From an uncultured virus (IMG/VR IMGVR_UViG_3300008261_000400) (taxonomy: Duplodnaviria; Heunggongvirae; Uroviricota; Caudoviricetes): a stretch of 64,000 bases of DNA. Of the stretch, positions 20,497 through 29,320 are shown piece after piece. Positions within the stretch are counted from its first letter, which is position 1, and each line of letters starts with the position of its first letter. Position numbers and translations under genes: made by a program. The stretch lies in the IMG/VR virus record IMGVR_UViG_3300008261_000400, one strand, 5' to 3'. Under the pieces are notes generated by a model that was not told where the DNA came from, searched no databases, and saw nothing but the letters and a program-made list of their open reading frames with translations.

Positions 20497-21357
20497 ATGG
20501 ACTTTGACTATAAGAAGTATTCTCTTGAGAATCTTGAAAATTGGATGTATGATTCTTTGTCTTCTTCTGAAGCAACCCCACAGGAAATCTATGATGTAAT
20601 CAAAGGTGTCGTTGAAGAACAATATAATCACTTCACAATTAATGCAAATCGTTGTAATGAATTACTTGTTCTTCTAAATGGTAATAGTCAGAGTAACAAA
20701 TATGAGACTCATCTGAATAAAGTTTTCAGTTGTGATAAGGACGATTCATCTGAAGAATGTAAAAAGTCTTGGACTTCTTTCTGGGAAGAGAATTATTATC
20801 CAGAAGAATACAAAGGTTCGACGGTAAGTAGTGTAAGTAAAGATGACTGTATGCCCCCATGGGGACATAGTGATATGGAAGCACTTCGTTATACCGAAGA
20901 AGAACTGAATGAGATGTGTGACAAAGCATCATCGGATCAGGAAAAAGAAAAGTGTCGTGAATATAATCTAAGAGAAGCTGAGTACTACGATAAACGAGCA
21001 AAACTTGATGGAGAATACTCCAAATATTACTATGATTATGACCGAAATGATCCAAGTCGGTTGAACCCCTTCAGTGGGAAAATTTATGAGTCTCCAGATG
21101 GAGGGAAGACAGTTTATGCTCGCAATCCTGGAGAAACTGAACGAGTTTTGATCAAGGAAGATAAAGTAAAGAAGTGGTTACTTCCCGTTCAACAATCAGT
21201 AATTGATGGTGTGGATGACTATTATGTAAATTTTCCAGATGATCTTCTAGAAGCTGCAAACCTTAAAGAAGGAGATCAAGTTGAGTGGGTAGATAATAAT
21301 AATGGTTCTTATACTCTTCGCAAAGTTACTAAATCACTTGGAATGGATGAGTGCTGA
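20497..21357 (+). CDS. Hypothetical protein with C-terminal AbrB/MazE-like domain
   Basis: C-terminal YVNFPDDLLEAANLKEGDQVEW..GSYTLRK. Confidence 0.6.
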   Translation: MDFDYKKYSLENLENWMYDSLSSSEATPQEIYDVIKGVVEEQYNHFTINANRCNELLVLLNGNSQSNKYETHLNKVFSCDKDDSSEECKKSWTSFWEENYYPEEYKGSTVSSVSKDDCMPPWGHSDMEALRYTEEELNEMCDKASSDQEKEKCREYNLREAEYYDKRAKLDGEYSKYYYDYDRNDPSRLNPFSGKIYESPDGGKTVYARNPGETERVLIKEDKVKKWLLPVQQSVIDGVDDYYVNFPDDLLEAANLKEGDQVEWVDNNNGSYTLRKVTKSLGMDEC

Positions 21358-21513
21358 TGATTGAAGCTCTTATTTGTGGATACAATCTTTTCTGTCATGT
21401 AAAAAATGTGGTAGAATATCCAAGGATACAAACACCTGTAATAAAATATTATGAACCAGGTAAGTCTTGTTATGTAAATGGAACCTTTTATACTAAATGT
21501 GAGGATAGACTAA

Positions 21514-21747
21514 ATGGCACTAAGTGAATCTGTAGAAACAAGTTTAAAAGAAGCCGAACAATCTTTGCGTAATGCTCTTGCGTATGCTGCTCGCCAAGAA
21601 AAACCTTTCGTCGGTAAACATATTGCAGATATGATTATGGATATTGATAATCTCATTTCTGCAGATAAATTAATTGATAAATTGGAAGAAAGGATGAACG
21701 GAGATGATGATAGTAAGAGGGGTCGTTGGGGCCCTTTTGGAATGTAA
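21514..21747 (+). CDS. Hypothetical protein
   Basis: ORF containing LRNALAYAARQE. Confidence 0.65.
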   Translation: MALSESVETSLKEAEQSLRNALAYAARQEKPFVGKHIADMIMDIDNLISADKLIDKLEERMNGDDDSKRGRWGPFGM

Positions 21748-21842
21748 TTGTTACTGCTTGTAAATCAAATATAAAAACATTATTAACTATCATAGATATT
21801 GATGGGCGTTGTGTTAGAATTTAAACACAAACGAGGAGGTTT

Positions 21843-22052
21843 ATGACTCATTCCAATTTTCAAACAGGTTCTCTGACAGATTCCGAATGGAACGAGTTGG
21901 TAGCACTTAAAAATGCAATCAATCAAAATCCGGCTTCAGTCCATCCAGATAAAATGGAACTCTTTACAGAATTGCTTGTTAGGTCTTGGGATGCAAAGTG
22001 TGATCCTCCTAACACATCTACTTGGCGTAAAGGCCATCCAATGGAGGAGTGA
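21843..22052 (+). CDS. Hypothetical protein, cyanobacterial-like
   Basis: Strong GAGGAGG SD; ELVALKNAI..PASVHPDKMELF. Confidence 0.7.
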   Translation: MTHSNFQTGSLTDSEWNELVALKNAINQNPASVHPDKMELFTELLVRSWDAKCDPPNTSTWRKGHPMEE

Positions 22053-22218
22053 TGACTTTAGAAGAAAAAATTGATCTCCTCTTTAAAAAAATTAATGTGA
22101 TTGAAGAAGACGTAAAAGGTATTCAAATACAGATTGACTTAATTGCAGATAGAGTGTATGATTACACAAATGAGTATGAAATAGAACTCTAAATATTACA
22201 AAATATCAACAACAAAAA

Positions 22219-22455
22219 ATGAAGTTTACTGTATATTCTAAACCTGAATGTCCTTATTGTTATAAAATTAAACAAGTTCTAGAACTTTGTGGTAAAGAAT
22301 TTGTTGTTTATACTTTAGACAAACACTTTACTAAAGAAGAATTTTATTCAGAATTTGGTGAAGGAAGTACCTTTCCACAAGTTGTTATGGACAACAAAGT
22401 TTTAGGTGGTTGTAATGATACTATCAAGTACCTAAAAGAACTTTCAGTTCTATAA
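22219..22455 (+). CDS. nrdC: Glutaredoxin
   Basis: CPYC, TFPQV, LGG. Confidence 0.9.
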   Translation: MKFTVYSKPECPYCYKIKQVLELCGKEFVVYTLDKHFTKEEFYSEFGEGSTFPQVVMDNKVLGGCNDTIKYLKELSVL

Positions 22456-22457
22456 TT

Positions 22458-23836
22458 ATGACTAAGCCTCGTGAGTTGTACATAAATAGAGGTGTGGAAT
22501 TATTGTTAAGAAAAAGGAGGGAAAAACCTGATCAACCAAAAACCTTTAAGTTCAGTTTTGGTAAGATGGTTTCTCTCCTTAGAAGAGAGATTCACGTCTA
22601 TTTTGAATTTTCATTTGACATAAAAAAGAAAGGAATCTCTCGGAGGTAGAACCATGACAGCACCATTAGTTGCCATATTTTGTATGGTATCTTTCATGTT
22701 CTTAATAATTGGTGGTATAGTGGGTTGGTTATGGAAAGAACATGTTGTTTTTTCAACTCCTCAACAAGTATTCGCTCATCCAGAAATGTTTGACGACAAT
22801 GGGAATATCATTCCAGACGAAATAATTGCAGTACGATTTGAAAATAGCTATGACGACTACGAAGAAGACGACGACTAGTAAAAAGTCTTCGACAACTACT
22901 AAAAGTCCTGTCGCAAAAAAGACAACGACTCCTAAGGTTACTAAAACCGTAGAGAAGATTGAATTGACTCCAACTTCTTACGTCCATGAAATTTTTTCGG
23001 CTGTTGTTGCCGAAAGAACTAAGGATAAAAAAATTAATATCCTTCAACAATATAATGAAAACTTTATTAAATCTCTTTTGATTTGGAACTTTGATGAGTC
23101 AATAACCTCAGTCCTTCCAGAGGGAGAAGTTCCTATTCAACAAAATGAAAATGCTGATAAATCTCCAAGTTCTAATATCCGTAAAGAATGGAGTAAATTT
23201 TATAACTTTGTGAAAGGTGGAAATGATAGTATGAATAAACTTCGTAAAGAAACGATGTTTATTAATATGTTGGAATCTTTTCACCCAGGAGAGGCTGAGG
23301 TATTATGTCTTGTAAAAGATAAAAAACTTCAAACTAAATATAATATCACCAAAGAACTTGTATCTGAGGCGTACCCTGATATTACATGGGGGAATCGTTC
23401 TTGATATGTCAGTGAATATTATTCATGGAAATTGTGATCCCGTTCTTGCAAAAAATCGTGATCTGCCCAGGAACTCATATCTAGTTACTTATGGTATAGA
23501 TGATGATGTCCAGTATGATGTAGTTCAAGCTGGATCACAAGTTGATATTTTTAATTATTATTGGGATAAGTACAGAGATGTGAGAGGTATTAAATGGACG
23601 GACGGAACGATCAATCCAAAGATGTGGAACTATCAACCACCAGAGAAGAAAAAGAAAAAGTAATTTCTGGTGATTTAAATATTCAAATGAACCTTGATCA
23701 AATCAAGGAAGTGAAAAAACAGTATAAAAAAATTAAAAGGTATATGCGATCTTCTATTTACACTGTAGCCATGATGGACGGAAGAGAACAAATCGTAAGT
23801 CGTTTACTAAAGGATCAGGAGGACAATCCTACTTAA
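22458..23836 (+). CDS. Conserved cyanophage hypotheticals (22458-22649, 22654-22878 membrane, 22850-23404, about 23406-23663, 23594-23836)
   Basis: Coupled ORFs between glutaredoxin and speD. Confidence 0.65.
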
Positions 23837-24163
23837 ATGGGAAAGCACTATCTTCTTAACTTGTTTGGATGCTCATTCGCTCACTTGAACGATGAGCATT
23901 TTCTTATGGATCTCTTAGAAAATGCAGCAGCTGCAAGTGGAGCAACTGTATGTCAAACTATCTTTAAAAAATTTGATCCACAAGGAGTAACTGTACTCTG
24001 TTTATTATCTGAGAGTCATATAAGTATTCATACTTGGCCGGAAGATGGTAAAGCCGCATGTGATGTTTATACATGTGGAGATTGTAATCCAAAAATAGGA
24101 TGTGATATAATAATTGCACAACTAAATGCAACAAATCACACACTAAGTTATATTGAGCGTTAA
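23837..24163 (+). CDS. speD: S-adenosylmethionine decarboxylase proenzyme
   Basis: MGKH, FDPQGVT, LSESHISIHTWPE (autocleavage site), DVYTCG. Confidence 0.94.
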   Translation: MGKHYLLNLFGCSFAHLNDEHFLMDLLENAAAASGATVCQTIFKKFDPQGVTVLCLLSESHISIHTWPEDGKAACDVYTCGDCNPKIGCDIIIAQLNATNHTLSYIER

Positions 24164-24190
24164 CTAAATACACTATATCTGGAGAAGTAT

Positions 24191-24508
24191 ATGCTCTCTA
24201 CTCAATACCGTCTTCGCCTAGAAGCAATCTGTGAACGAATTGCAAAAGGTGAATCTGTAGAGCTAAGTGATATGATATGGGCAGAAAAATTATCTAAGTC
24301 TAACAGAAGTGCAGCAACAATTTTAAGACAAGCAAGACGACGTGCTGCTAATCCCAATATGCAAGAAGGTGATATGGATGACTTTATGAATCAACTAGAT
24401 TTAGGTGATCCAGATCCTTCAAATCATAGAACAGGATTCAATAGTGTAGATGATATAATCGACTTCTTTTCTGGTGATAAACCAGATGATTGGAGACAAA
24501 GAGATTAA
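24191..24508 (+). CDS. Conserved cyanophage hypothetical protein
   Basis: MLSTQYRLRLE..DWRQRD; late-promoter-like CTAAATA and GGAGA SD upstream. Confidence 0.75.
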   Translation: MLSTQYRLRLEAICERIAKGESVELSDMIWAEKLSKSNRSAATILRQARRRAANPNMQEGDMDDFMNQLDLGDPDPSNHRTGFNSVDDIIDFFSGDKPDDWRQRD

Positions 24509-24509
24509 T

Positions 24510-24562
24510 TGTAACAAATAATACAAAATAACTTGCATAGATAGTATGAATAGAGGTATAAT
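24510..24562 (+). promoter_or_regulatory. NtcA box plus sigma70 promoter
   Basis: TGTA-ACAAATAA-TACA (GTA-N8-TAC) at 24510-24525; TTGCAT (24533)-18 nt-TATAAT (24557). Confidence 0.7.
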
Positions 24563-24570
24563 AATCCTCT

Positions 24571-24700
24571 AACGTTCATCCTATGACTAAGGCACTTTTG
24601 CTTTTGAAAGAGTAGAAGACCGATTGCTATTAGAACTCCGAAAGGATGTTGTCAATAAGTGCTAAAACTGAATAGGACGGAAGTAAGCCGACTCGGAACG
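24571..24700 (+). ncRNA. Glutamine riboswitch (glnA motif) aptamer 1 with enlarged P2 loop
   Basis: CGTTCATCCTAT ... ATAGGACGGAAGTAAGCCGACTCGGAACG: P1 CGTTC/GAACG, P2 TCCTAT/ATAGGA, CGGAAGTA junction. Confidence 0.8.
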
Positions 24701-24701
24701 G

Positions 24702-24875
24702 ATCGTTCATCTATGGAAGCATTCCTTTTAACTTGTCTTCAGGCCAATTTTATTATTGGGAGGGTAATTACCCATCCAAAATTGGACGCTCAACAAAGAA
24801 ATGATATAGTTTGGGAGGTTAAACAAGTAACTAAAAAAGGTTGCTTTATAGACGCAAAAGCCGACTGAAGGAACG
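24702..24875 (+). ncRNA. Glutamine riboswitch (glnA motif) aptamer 2 with enlarged P2 loop
   Basis: ATCGTTCATCTAT ... ATAGACGCAAAAGCCGACTGAAGGAACG: P1 CGTTC/GAACG, P2 TCTAT/ATAGA. Confidence 0.8.
24713..24868 (+). CDS. 51-aa protein encoded inside riboswitch aptamer 2
   Basis: MEAFLLTCLQANFIIGRVITHPKLDAQQRNDIVWEVKQVTKKGCFIDAKAD; ATG in the 5' P2 strand, stop in the 3' part of the aptamer. Confidence 0.6.
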   Translation: MEAFLLTCLQANFIIGRVITHPKLDAQQRNDIVWEVKQVTKKGCFIDAKAD

Positions 24876-24906
24876 CTCTTTAGCCTCAAAATTAAGGAGA
24901 ACCCTA

Positions 24907-25065
24907 ATGTCTAAAGTCGTTTATAGAGGGTGTCAGTACGACACTGAAGATGCAAAGAAAGAGTATGTGTCTTGGTATAACAAAACACACGCTCCTGCTC
25001 ATCCACAAAATACATATCGTGGAGTAGCGTATCGTCCATGCAAAAACATGGAGGTGCAGAAGTGA
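24907..25065 (+). CDS. DUF4278-type small protein
   Basis: Two YRG repeats (VVYRGCQY, TYRGVAY), AAGGAGA SD, directly downstream of glnA aptamers. Confidence 0.8.
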   Translation: MSKVVYRGCQYDTEDAKKEYVSWYNKTHAPAHPQNTYRGVAYRPCKNMEVQK

Positions 25066-25160
25066 AAAAACTTAACTTCCTACAACTCATTAAAGAACAA
25101 AAACAAAAACAAGATCGTCGTTATCAAGCTCAACTTGCACAATTAGTAGGGGCAAAATGA
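25062..25160 (+). CDS. 32-aa basic helical peptide
   Basis: GTG start with GGAGG SD, GTGA overlap; KKLNFLQLIKEQKQKQDRRYQAQLAQLVGAK. Confidence 0.55.
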   Translation: MKKLNFLQLIKEQKQKQDRRYQAQLAQLVGAK

Positions 25161-25246
25161 TGGCACAAATCATCATATCGTCTACTGCTGCAATTGCTTT
25201 AACTACGATAATGTTATCCTTGTATATTCAATGGATTTATAAGTAA
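25157..25246 (+). CDS. 29-aa hydrophobic peptide
   Basis: ATGA overlap; MMAQIIISSTAAIALTTIMLSLYIQWIYK. Confidence 0.5.
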   Translation: MMAQIIISSTAAIALTTIMLSLYIQWIYK

Positions 25247-25253
25247 ATTATTG

Positions 25254-25289
25254 AGGAGGGTTGATCCCCTCCTTTTTTTATGGTAAAAT
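25254..25289 (+). terminator. Intrinsic terminator overlapping a sigma70 promoter
   Basis: AGGAGGG-TTGATC-CCCTCCT plus T-tract; loop TTGATC-17 nt-TAAAAT. Confidence 0.8.
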
Positions 25290-25310
25290 GGATGAGAGAA
25301 CTATTATTCC

Positions 25311-25478
25311 ATGGATAAAGAAAGACTAAAATTAATCGTAAGAAATTTGGAATCACTTGTAGATGCACTTAAATCTGAAGTTTATTCGGATCCAGATTCT
25401 TACAAACAACCAAAAGAAAACCTGAATCATATCAGTGATTATGATGAGGTTTTTGACGACGATGGATACCCAGATTGA
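25311..25478 (+). CDS. Hypothetical protein (55 aa)
   Basis: MDKERLKLIVRNLESLVDALKSEVYSD..., upstream of thyX. Confidence 0.7.
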   Translation: MDKERLKLIVRNLESLVDALKSEVYSDPDSYKQPKENLNHISDYDEVFDDDGYPD

Positions 25479-25487
25479 GGAATTGAA

Positions 25488-26120
25488 ATGACTGTAAAAC
25501 TTATTTCGGTAACGCCTGATGCAGAAAAAACAATGGCGTATGTTGCACGAGTTAGTAATCCTGCGAATCAAGACAACGAAAACTATGCCAAGTTGCTTGC
25601 TTATTGTATTAAGCATAATCATTGGTCTGTTTTTGAACAGTCTTTTATGACTCTTGAGATTGAAACGAATCGTGGTATCGCAGCCCAAATCCTTCGACAC
25701 CGTTCGTTTACATATCAAGAATTTTCACAACGTTATGCAGATTCTTCTTTGTTGAGTGACTATATTCCTGTTCCAGATCTTCGTCGTCAAGATACCAAGA
25801 ATCGTCAGAACTCAATTGATGATATTCCAGACTATGAGAAACTGACTCTTCAAAGTAAGATTCAAGAACACTTCGCACAATCAATGCAACTTTATAAACA
25901 ACTTCTTTCTCATGGTGTTGCAAAGGAGTGTGCTCGTTTTGTTCTTCCCTTGGCTACACCTACACGTATCTACATGTCTGGCTCTTGCCGTAGTTGGATT
26001 CATTATATCAATCTGCGTTCTGAAAATGGAACTCAAAAAGAACACATGGATATTGCCTTGGCTTGCAAAGAAGTCTTTAAAGAACAGTTCCCTTCAGTGG
26101 CTGAAGCACTGGAATGGTAA
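25488..26120 (+). CDS. thyX: Flavin-dependent thymidylate synthase
   Basis: HWSVFE, QILRHRSFTYQEFSQRY, ECARFVLP. Confidence 0.97.
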   Translation: MTVKLISVTPDAEKTMAYVARVSNPANQDNENYAKLLAYCIKHNHWSVFEQSFMTLEIETNRGIAAQILRHRSFTYQEFSQRYADSSLLSDYIPVPDLRRQDTKNRQNSIDDIPDYEKLTLQSKIQEHFAQSMQLYKQLLSHGVAKECARFVLPLATPTRIYMSGSCRSWIHYINLRSENGTQKEHMDIALACKEVFKEQFPSVAEALEW

Positions 26121-26153
26121 CTATATAAAATTGCCCCTATAGGAGGTATAATC

Positions 26154-26336
26154 ATGTACTATCAAACACAAGCCCTATCCAAAGACAATGGTTGGACAAC
26201 ATGCACAATTGTAGACAATTCAAATAAAGATAAGTGGATTGTAGAATATAATGAAGATGGAAACATGGTTAAAAAGGAAATAAATCCAGAAGAAATTCAT
26301 AGTTTAGATTATTCAATTATGGAGTTGAGCCAATAA
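26154..26336 (+). CDS. Hypothetical protein
   Basis: AGGAGG SD, 60 aa. Confidence 0.6.
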   Translation: MYYQTQALSKDNGWTTCTIVDNSNKDKWIVEYNEDGNMVKKEINPEEIHSLDYSIMELSQ

Positions 26337-26337
26337 A

Positions 26338-27480
26338 ATGTCTGTATCTATTATATGTGCCTGTAAAAATAGGTTGAATGCTCTTAAAATTTCTTTGAGT
26401 TCTTGGTTGTTATTTGACGAAGTAAAAGAAATTATTATTGTTGATTGGAGTTCTGATCAACCTATTCATCATTTAGCTTCTTTGAGTTCTAGAATCAAAG
26501 TCATTAGAGTTAATAATGAAGAATATTTCAATCAATCGCAACCATTAAATCTTGCAGCTAGATTTGCAACACAAGAAAATATACTCAAATTAGATTGTGA
26601 TCATATCCTAAATCCTTATTATAATTTTTTTAATATCCATAGTTTCGGTCGAAAAGGTATTTTTTATACTGGAATTAATGATAAAGTTGATGATCCTTGT
26701 GTGCATCCTCTTTGGGGAATTCTTTATGTTAGAAAAGAAGACTTTATTAACGTAAATGGATTTAATGAAAAGATGGGTAAATATTATGCTGTTGAAGATG
26801 ATGAATTAGTAATGCGCCTAAGAACCTTTGGATTGGAAGCGTTACCAATTCATTTAAAAGTTCTTTCTGCTATCCATATTCCACATCCAGATAGGGTTAG
26901 GGTAGAAAATTTTGAAGGATATGAAGAGTCTTCAGAAAAATTTGATGAGAATGCATTTGAGATCTATCAAGAAACTACTGGTAAAGAACATCCTCAAGGT
27001 ATGTTAGGTTTGTTAGATCCATCTGTTCAATTAGTAAAATATTCTCATTTGGCTAGAGAACATAAAGAGAAAAACATGCATGAGTTTGGAGTTAAAAACT
27101 TTATTAATAATCCAAACGTTAAAAGACATATAGATGATAGGAAAGGCTATTATCGATATAAATTATTTGACTGGAAAACTAAAGAAGTTCTCCCTGGTGT
27201 CTTTTTAGCTAAGAAAAAAGAACTTTATAAACCAGAAGAGTTGGAAGAACTGAATAACAAAATCGAATTAGAAGTTGATGTTGCTTTTGAAAAAGAAAAA
27301 CTTCATGAACTTCAAAATTTAGAGGAAGAAACTTTTTCTGAGTTGGAAAGACTTATGGAAGAGATTCAGTGTGATGATGAAGAAGAAGTTCAAGATAACT
27401 CTGAAGAAGTAGAAAATGTAGAAGAAGAACTACATGATGTCGAACAGATTTTAAAGAAAATTGAGCCTACAAATATCTAA
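26338..27480 (+). CDS. Glycosyltransferase (GT2/GT7 galactosyltransferase-like) with acidic tail
   Basis: ACKNR, IIVDWSS, LDCD, GFNE, EDDE. Confidence 0.85.
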   Translation: MSVSIICACKNRLNALKISLSSWLLFDEVKEIIIVDWSSDQPIHHLASLSSRIKVIRVNNEEYFNQSQPLNLAARFATQENILKLDCDHILNPYYNFFNIHSFGRKGIFYTGINDKVDDPCVHPLWGILYVRKEDFINVNGFNEKMGKYYAVEDDELVMRLRTFGLEALPIHLKVLSAIHIPHPDRVRVENFEGYEESSEKFDENAFEIYQETTGKEHPQGMLGLLDPSVQLVKYSHLAREHKEKNMHEFGVKNFINNPNVKRHIDDRKGYYRYKLFDWKTKEVLPGVFLAKKKELYKPEELEELNNKIELEVDVAFEKEKLHELQNLEEETFSELERLMEEIQCDDEEEVQDNSEEVENVEEELHDVEQILKKIEPTNI

Positions 27481-27489
27481 AAGTTAAAA

Positions 27490-28293
27490 ATGAGTGTGTC
27501 GGTAATTTCTGCTTGCATGAATAGGGTAGATCCTCTTAGTGTATCCATAAATTCTTGGGTTTTATTTGATGAAATTGATGAAATTGTATTCGTAGACTGG
27601 AGTTCTGATAAGTCTTCAGATCATCTCTTGAAGATTAGTGAGAAAATAAAAAGAGTTTATGTTCCAGATCAAAAATACTTTAACAAAACTCAGTCATTAA
27701 ATCTCGCATTTAGCTTGACTAAAGGAGATAATATATTAAACTTAGATTCGGATACAATTTTGAATCCATACTATAATTTTTTCAAACAATATGAAGTAGA
27801 TGATACATGTTTTGTAAGTGGAATGTATAATCCACCACATCCATGTTATAGACCTCTATGGGGAACTTTATATGTTACTAGAAAAAACTACCAAAAAATT
27901 GGTGGGTATAATGAAAATATGGGAGAGTTTGTAGCTTGGGAAGACGATGAAATTGTAAATAGACTTCTCTTATGTGGATTAAAACATAAAAAAATACGAC
28001 ACACACATCAAACAGCTTTTACTCTTTCACATGACAATAAAAAGAGAATAGAAAATTTTGAGGCATATCACACCAATCAACAAATTAAAGAAGATCTTGA
28101 AAGTCTTTTGGTGAAAAAATCTAGAGATGTTGATTCTTATATCGACTATGCAATATTATCTCACCATACTGTACTTAATATGAAAAAGTACAAAAGATAT
28201 AAAGGAGATGACTTTTATGTTGATCCTGTGGTAAAATGGAATGTAGAACAAGTAGATAATCAAAACTACATTGCTCGAAAAATAACCCAATAA
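27490..28293 (+). CDS. Glycosyltransferase (GT2/GT7-like), paralog
   Basis: ACMNR, FVDWSS, LDSD, GGYNE, WEDDE. Confidence 0.85.
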   Translation: MSVSVISACMNRVDPLSVSINSWVLFDEIDEIVFVDWSSDKSSDHLLKISEKIKRVYVPDQKYFNKTQSLNLAFSLTKGDNILNLDSDTILNPYYNFFKQYEVDDTCFVSGMYNPPHPCYRPLWGTLYVTRKNYQKIGGYNENMGEFVAWEDDEIVNRLLLCGLKHKKIRHTHQTAFTLSHDNKKRIENFEAYHTNQQIKEDLESLLVKKSRDVDSYIDYAILSHHTVLNMKKYKRYKGDDFYVDPVVKWNVEQVDNQNYIARKITQ

Positions 28294-28318
28294 ATAAACT
28301 CATAGTCATTATTATCTT

Positions 28319-28561
28319 ATGCCCACATATCCTGTAATCAATCTTGAAACTGGCGAAACTCAAGAACTCGTAATGTCTGTGAAAGACTATGAACAATGGA
28401 GGAAGGACAATCCTAATTGGGACAAAGATTGGTCTCAAGGATGTGCTTCTGTCGGTGAAGTCGGTGAGTGGAAAGATAAACTGATCTCCAGAAATCCAGG
28501 CTGGAATGATGTTCTCCACAAAGCCTCAAAAGCACCTGGTTCTACTGTAAAAAAACTCTAA
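28319..28561 (+). CDS. Conserved small T4-like protein preceding phoH
   Basis: MPTYPV..ETGE..GWNDVL; late promoter AATAAATA at 28289. Confidence 0.75.
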   Translation: MPTYPVINLETGETQELVMSVKDYEQWRKDNPNWDKDWSQGCASVGEVGEWKDKLISRNPGWNDVLHKASKAPGSTVKKL

Positions 28562-29320
28562 ATGGCAAGATCAAGAAAATCATCAACTGGCAACATTGGA
28601 GTCGGAATGAGTGCCAAACAAATGAGGCGCAAAAAGCCCATTAATTCGGATTTGATGGTGGACATTTCTCCACTAACTGACAATCAAAAATTATTCTTTG
28701 ATGAATATAAAAAAGGAAAGAATGTTTTTGCCTATGGTGCTGCTGGTACTGGTAAAACATTTGTAGGATTGTACCTTGCTCTTAGAGACGTTCTTGATGA
28801 AAGAACTCCTTATGAAAAAGTTTACATTGTAAGATCTCTTGTTGCTACTCGTGAAATTGGTTTCCTTCCAGGAGACCATGAAGATAAGTCTAGTCTTTAT
28901 CAAATTCCTTATAAGAACATGTGTAAGTACATGTTTGAACTTCCATCAGATGCAGACTTTGAAATGCTCTATGGTAATCTGAAAGCTCAAGAAACAATTT
29001 CATTCTGGTCTACAAGTTTTATTCGTGGTACTACTCTTGATAATGCAATTGTCCTTGTAGATGAAATGCAAAACTTGAACTTCCATGAATTAGATAGTAT
29101 AATTACTCGTATTGGTGAAAATAGTAGGATTGTTTTTTGTGGTGACGCAACTCAATCTGACTTAATTAAAACCAATGAAAGAAATGGAATTATTGATTTC
29201 ATGAAAATTATTCGTGCAATGACATATGATTTCTCAATGGTTGAATTTGGAGTTGATGATATTGTTCGTTCTGGACTAGTCAAAAACTACATTGTTACTA
29301 AATTGGCTCTAGGTATGTAA
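28562..29320 (+). CDS. phoH: PhoH-family ATPase
   Basis: GAAGTGKT, IGFLPG, FIRGTT, DEMQN, GDATQSD, DIVRSGLV. Confidence 0.96.
   Translation: MARSRKSSTGNIGVGMSAKQMRRKKPINSDLMVDISPLTDNQKLFFDEYKKGKNVFAYGAAGTGKTFVGLYLALRDVLDERTPYEKVYIVRSLVATREIGFLPGDHEDKSSLYQIPYKNMCKYMFELPSDADFEMLYGNLKAQETISFWSTSFIRGTTLDNAIVLVDEMQNLNFHELDSIITRIGENSRIVFCGDATQSDLIKTNERNGIIDFMKIIRAMTYDFSMVEFGVDDIVRSGLVKNYIVTKLALGM

Noticed and set aside
24659..24906. N-terminal extensions of track ORFs 24659-24868 and 24841-25065
   Set aside because: They translate riboswitch sequence; better starts are ATG 24713 and ATG 24907 (with SD)
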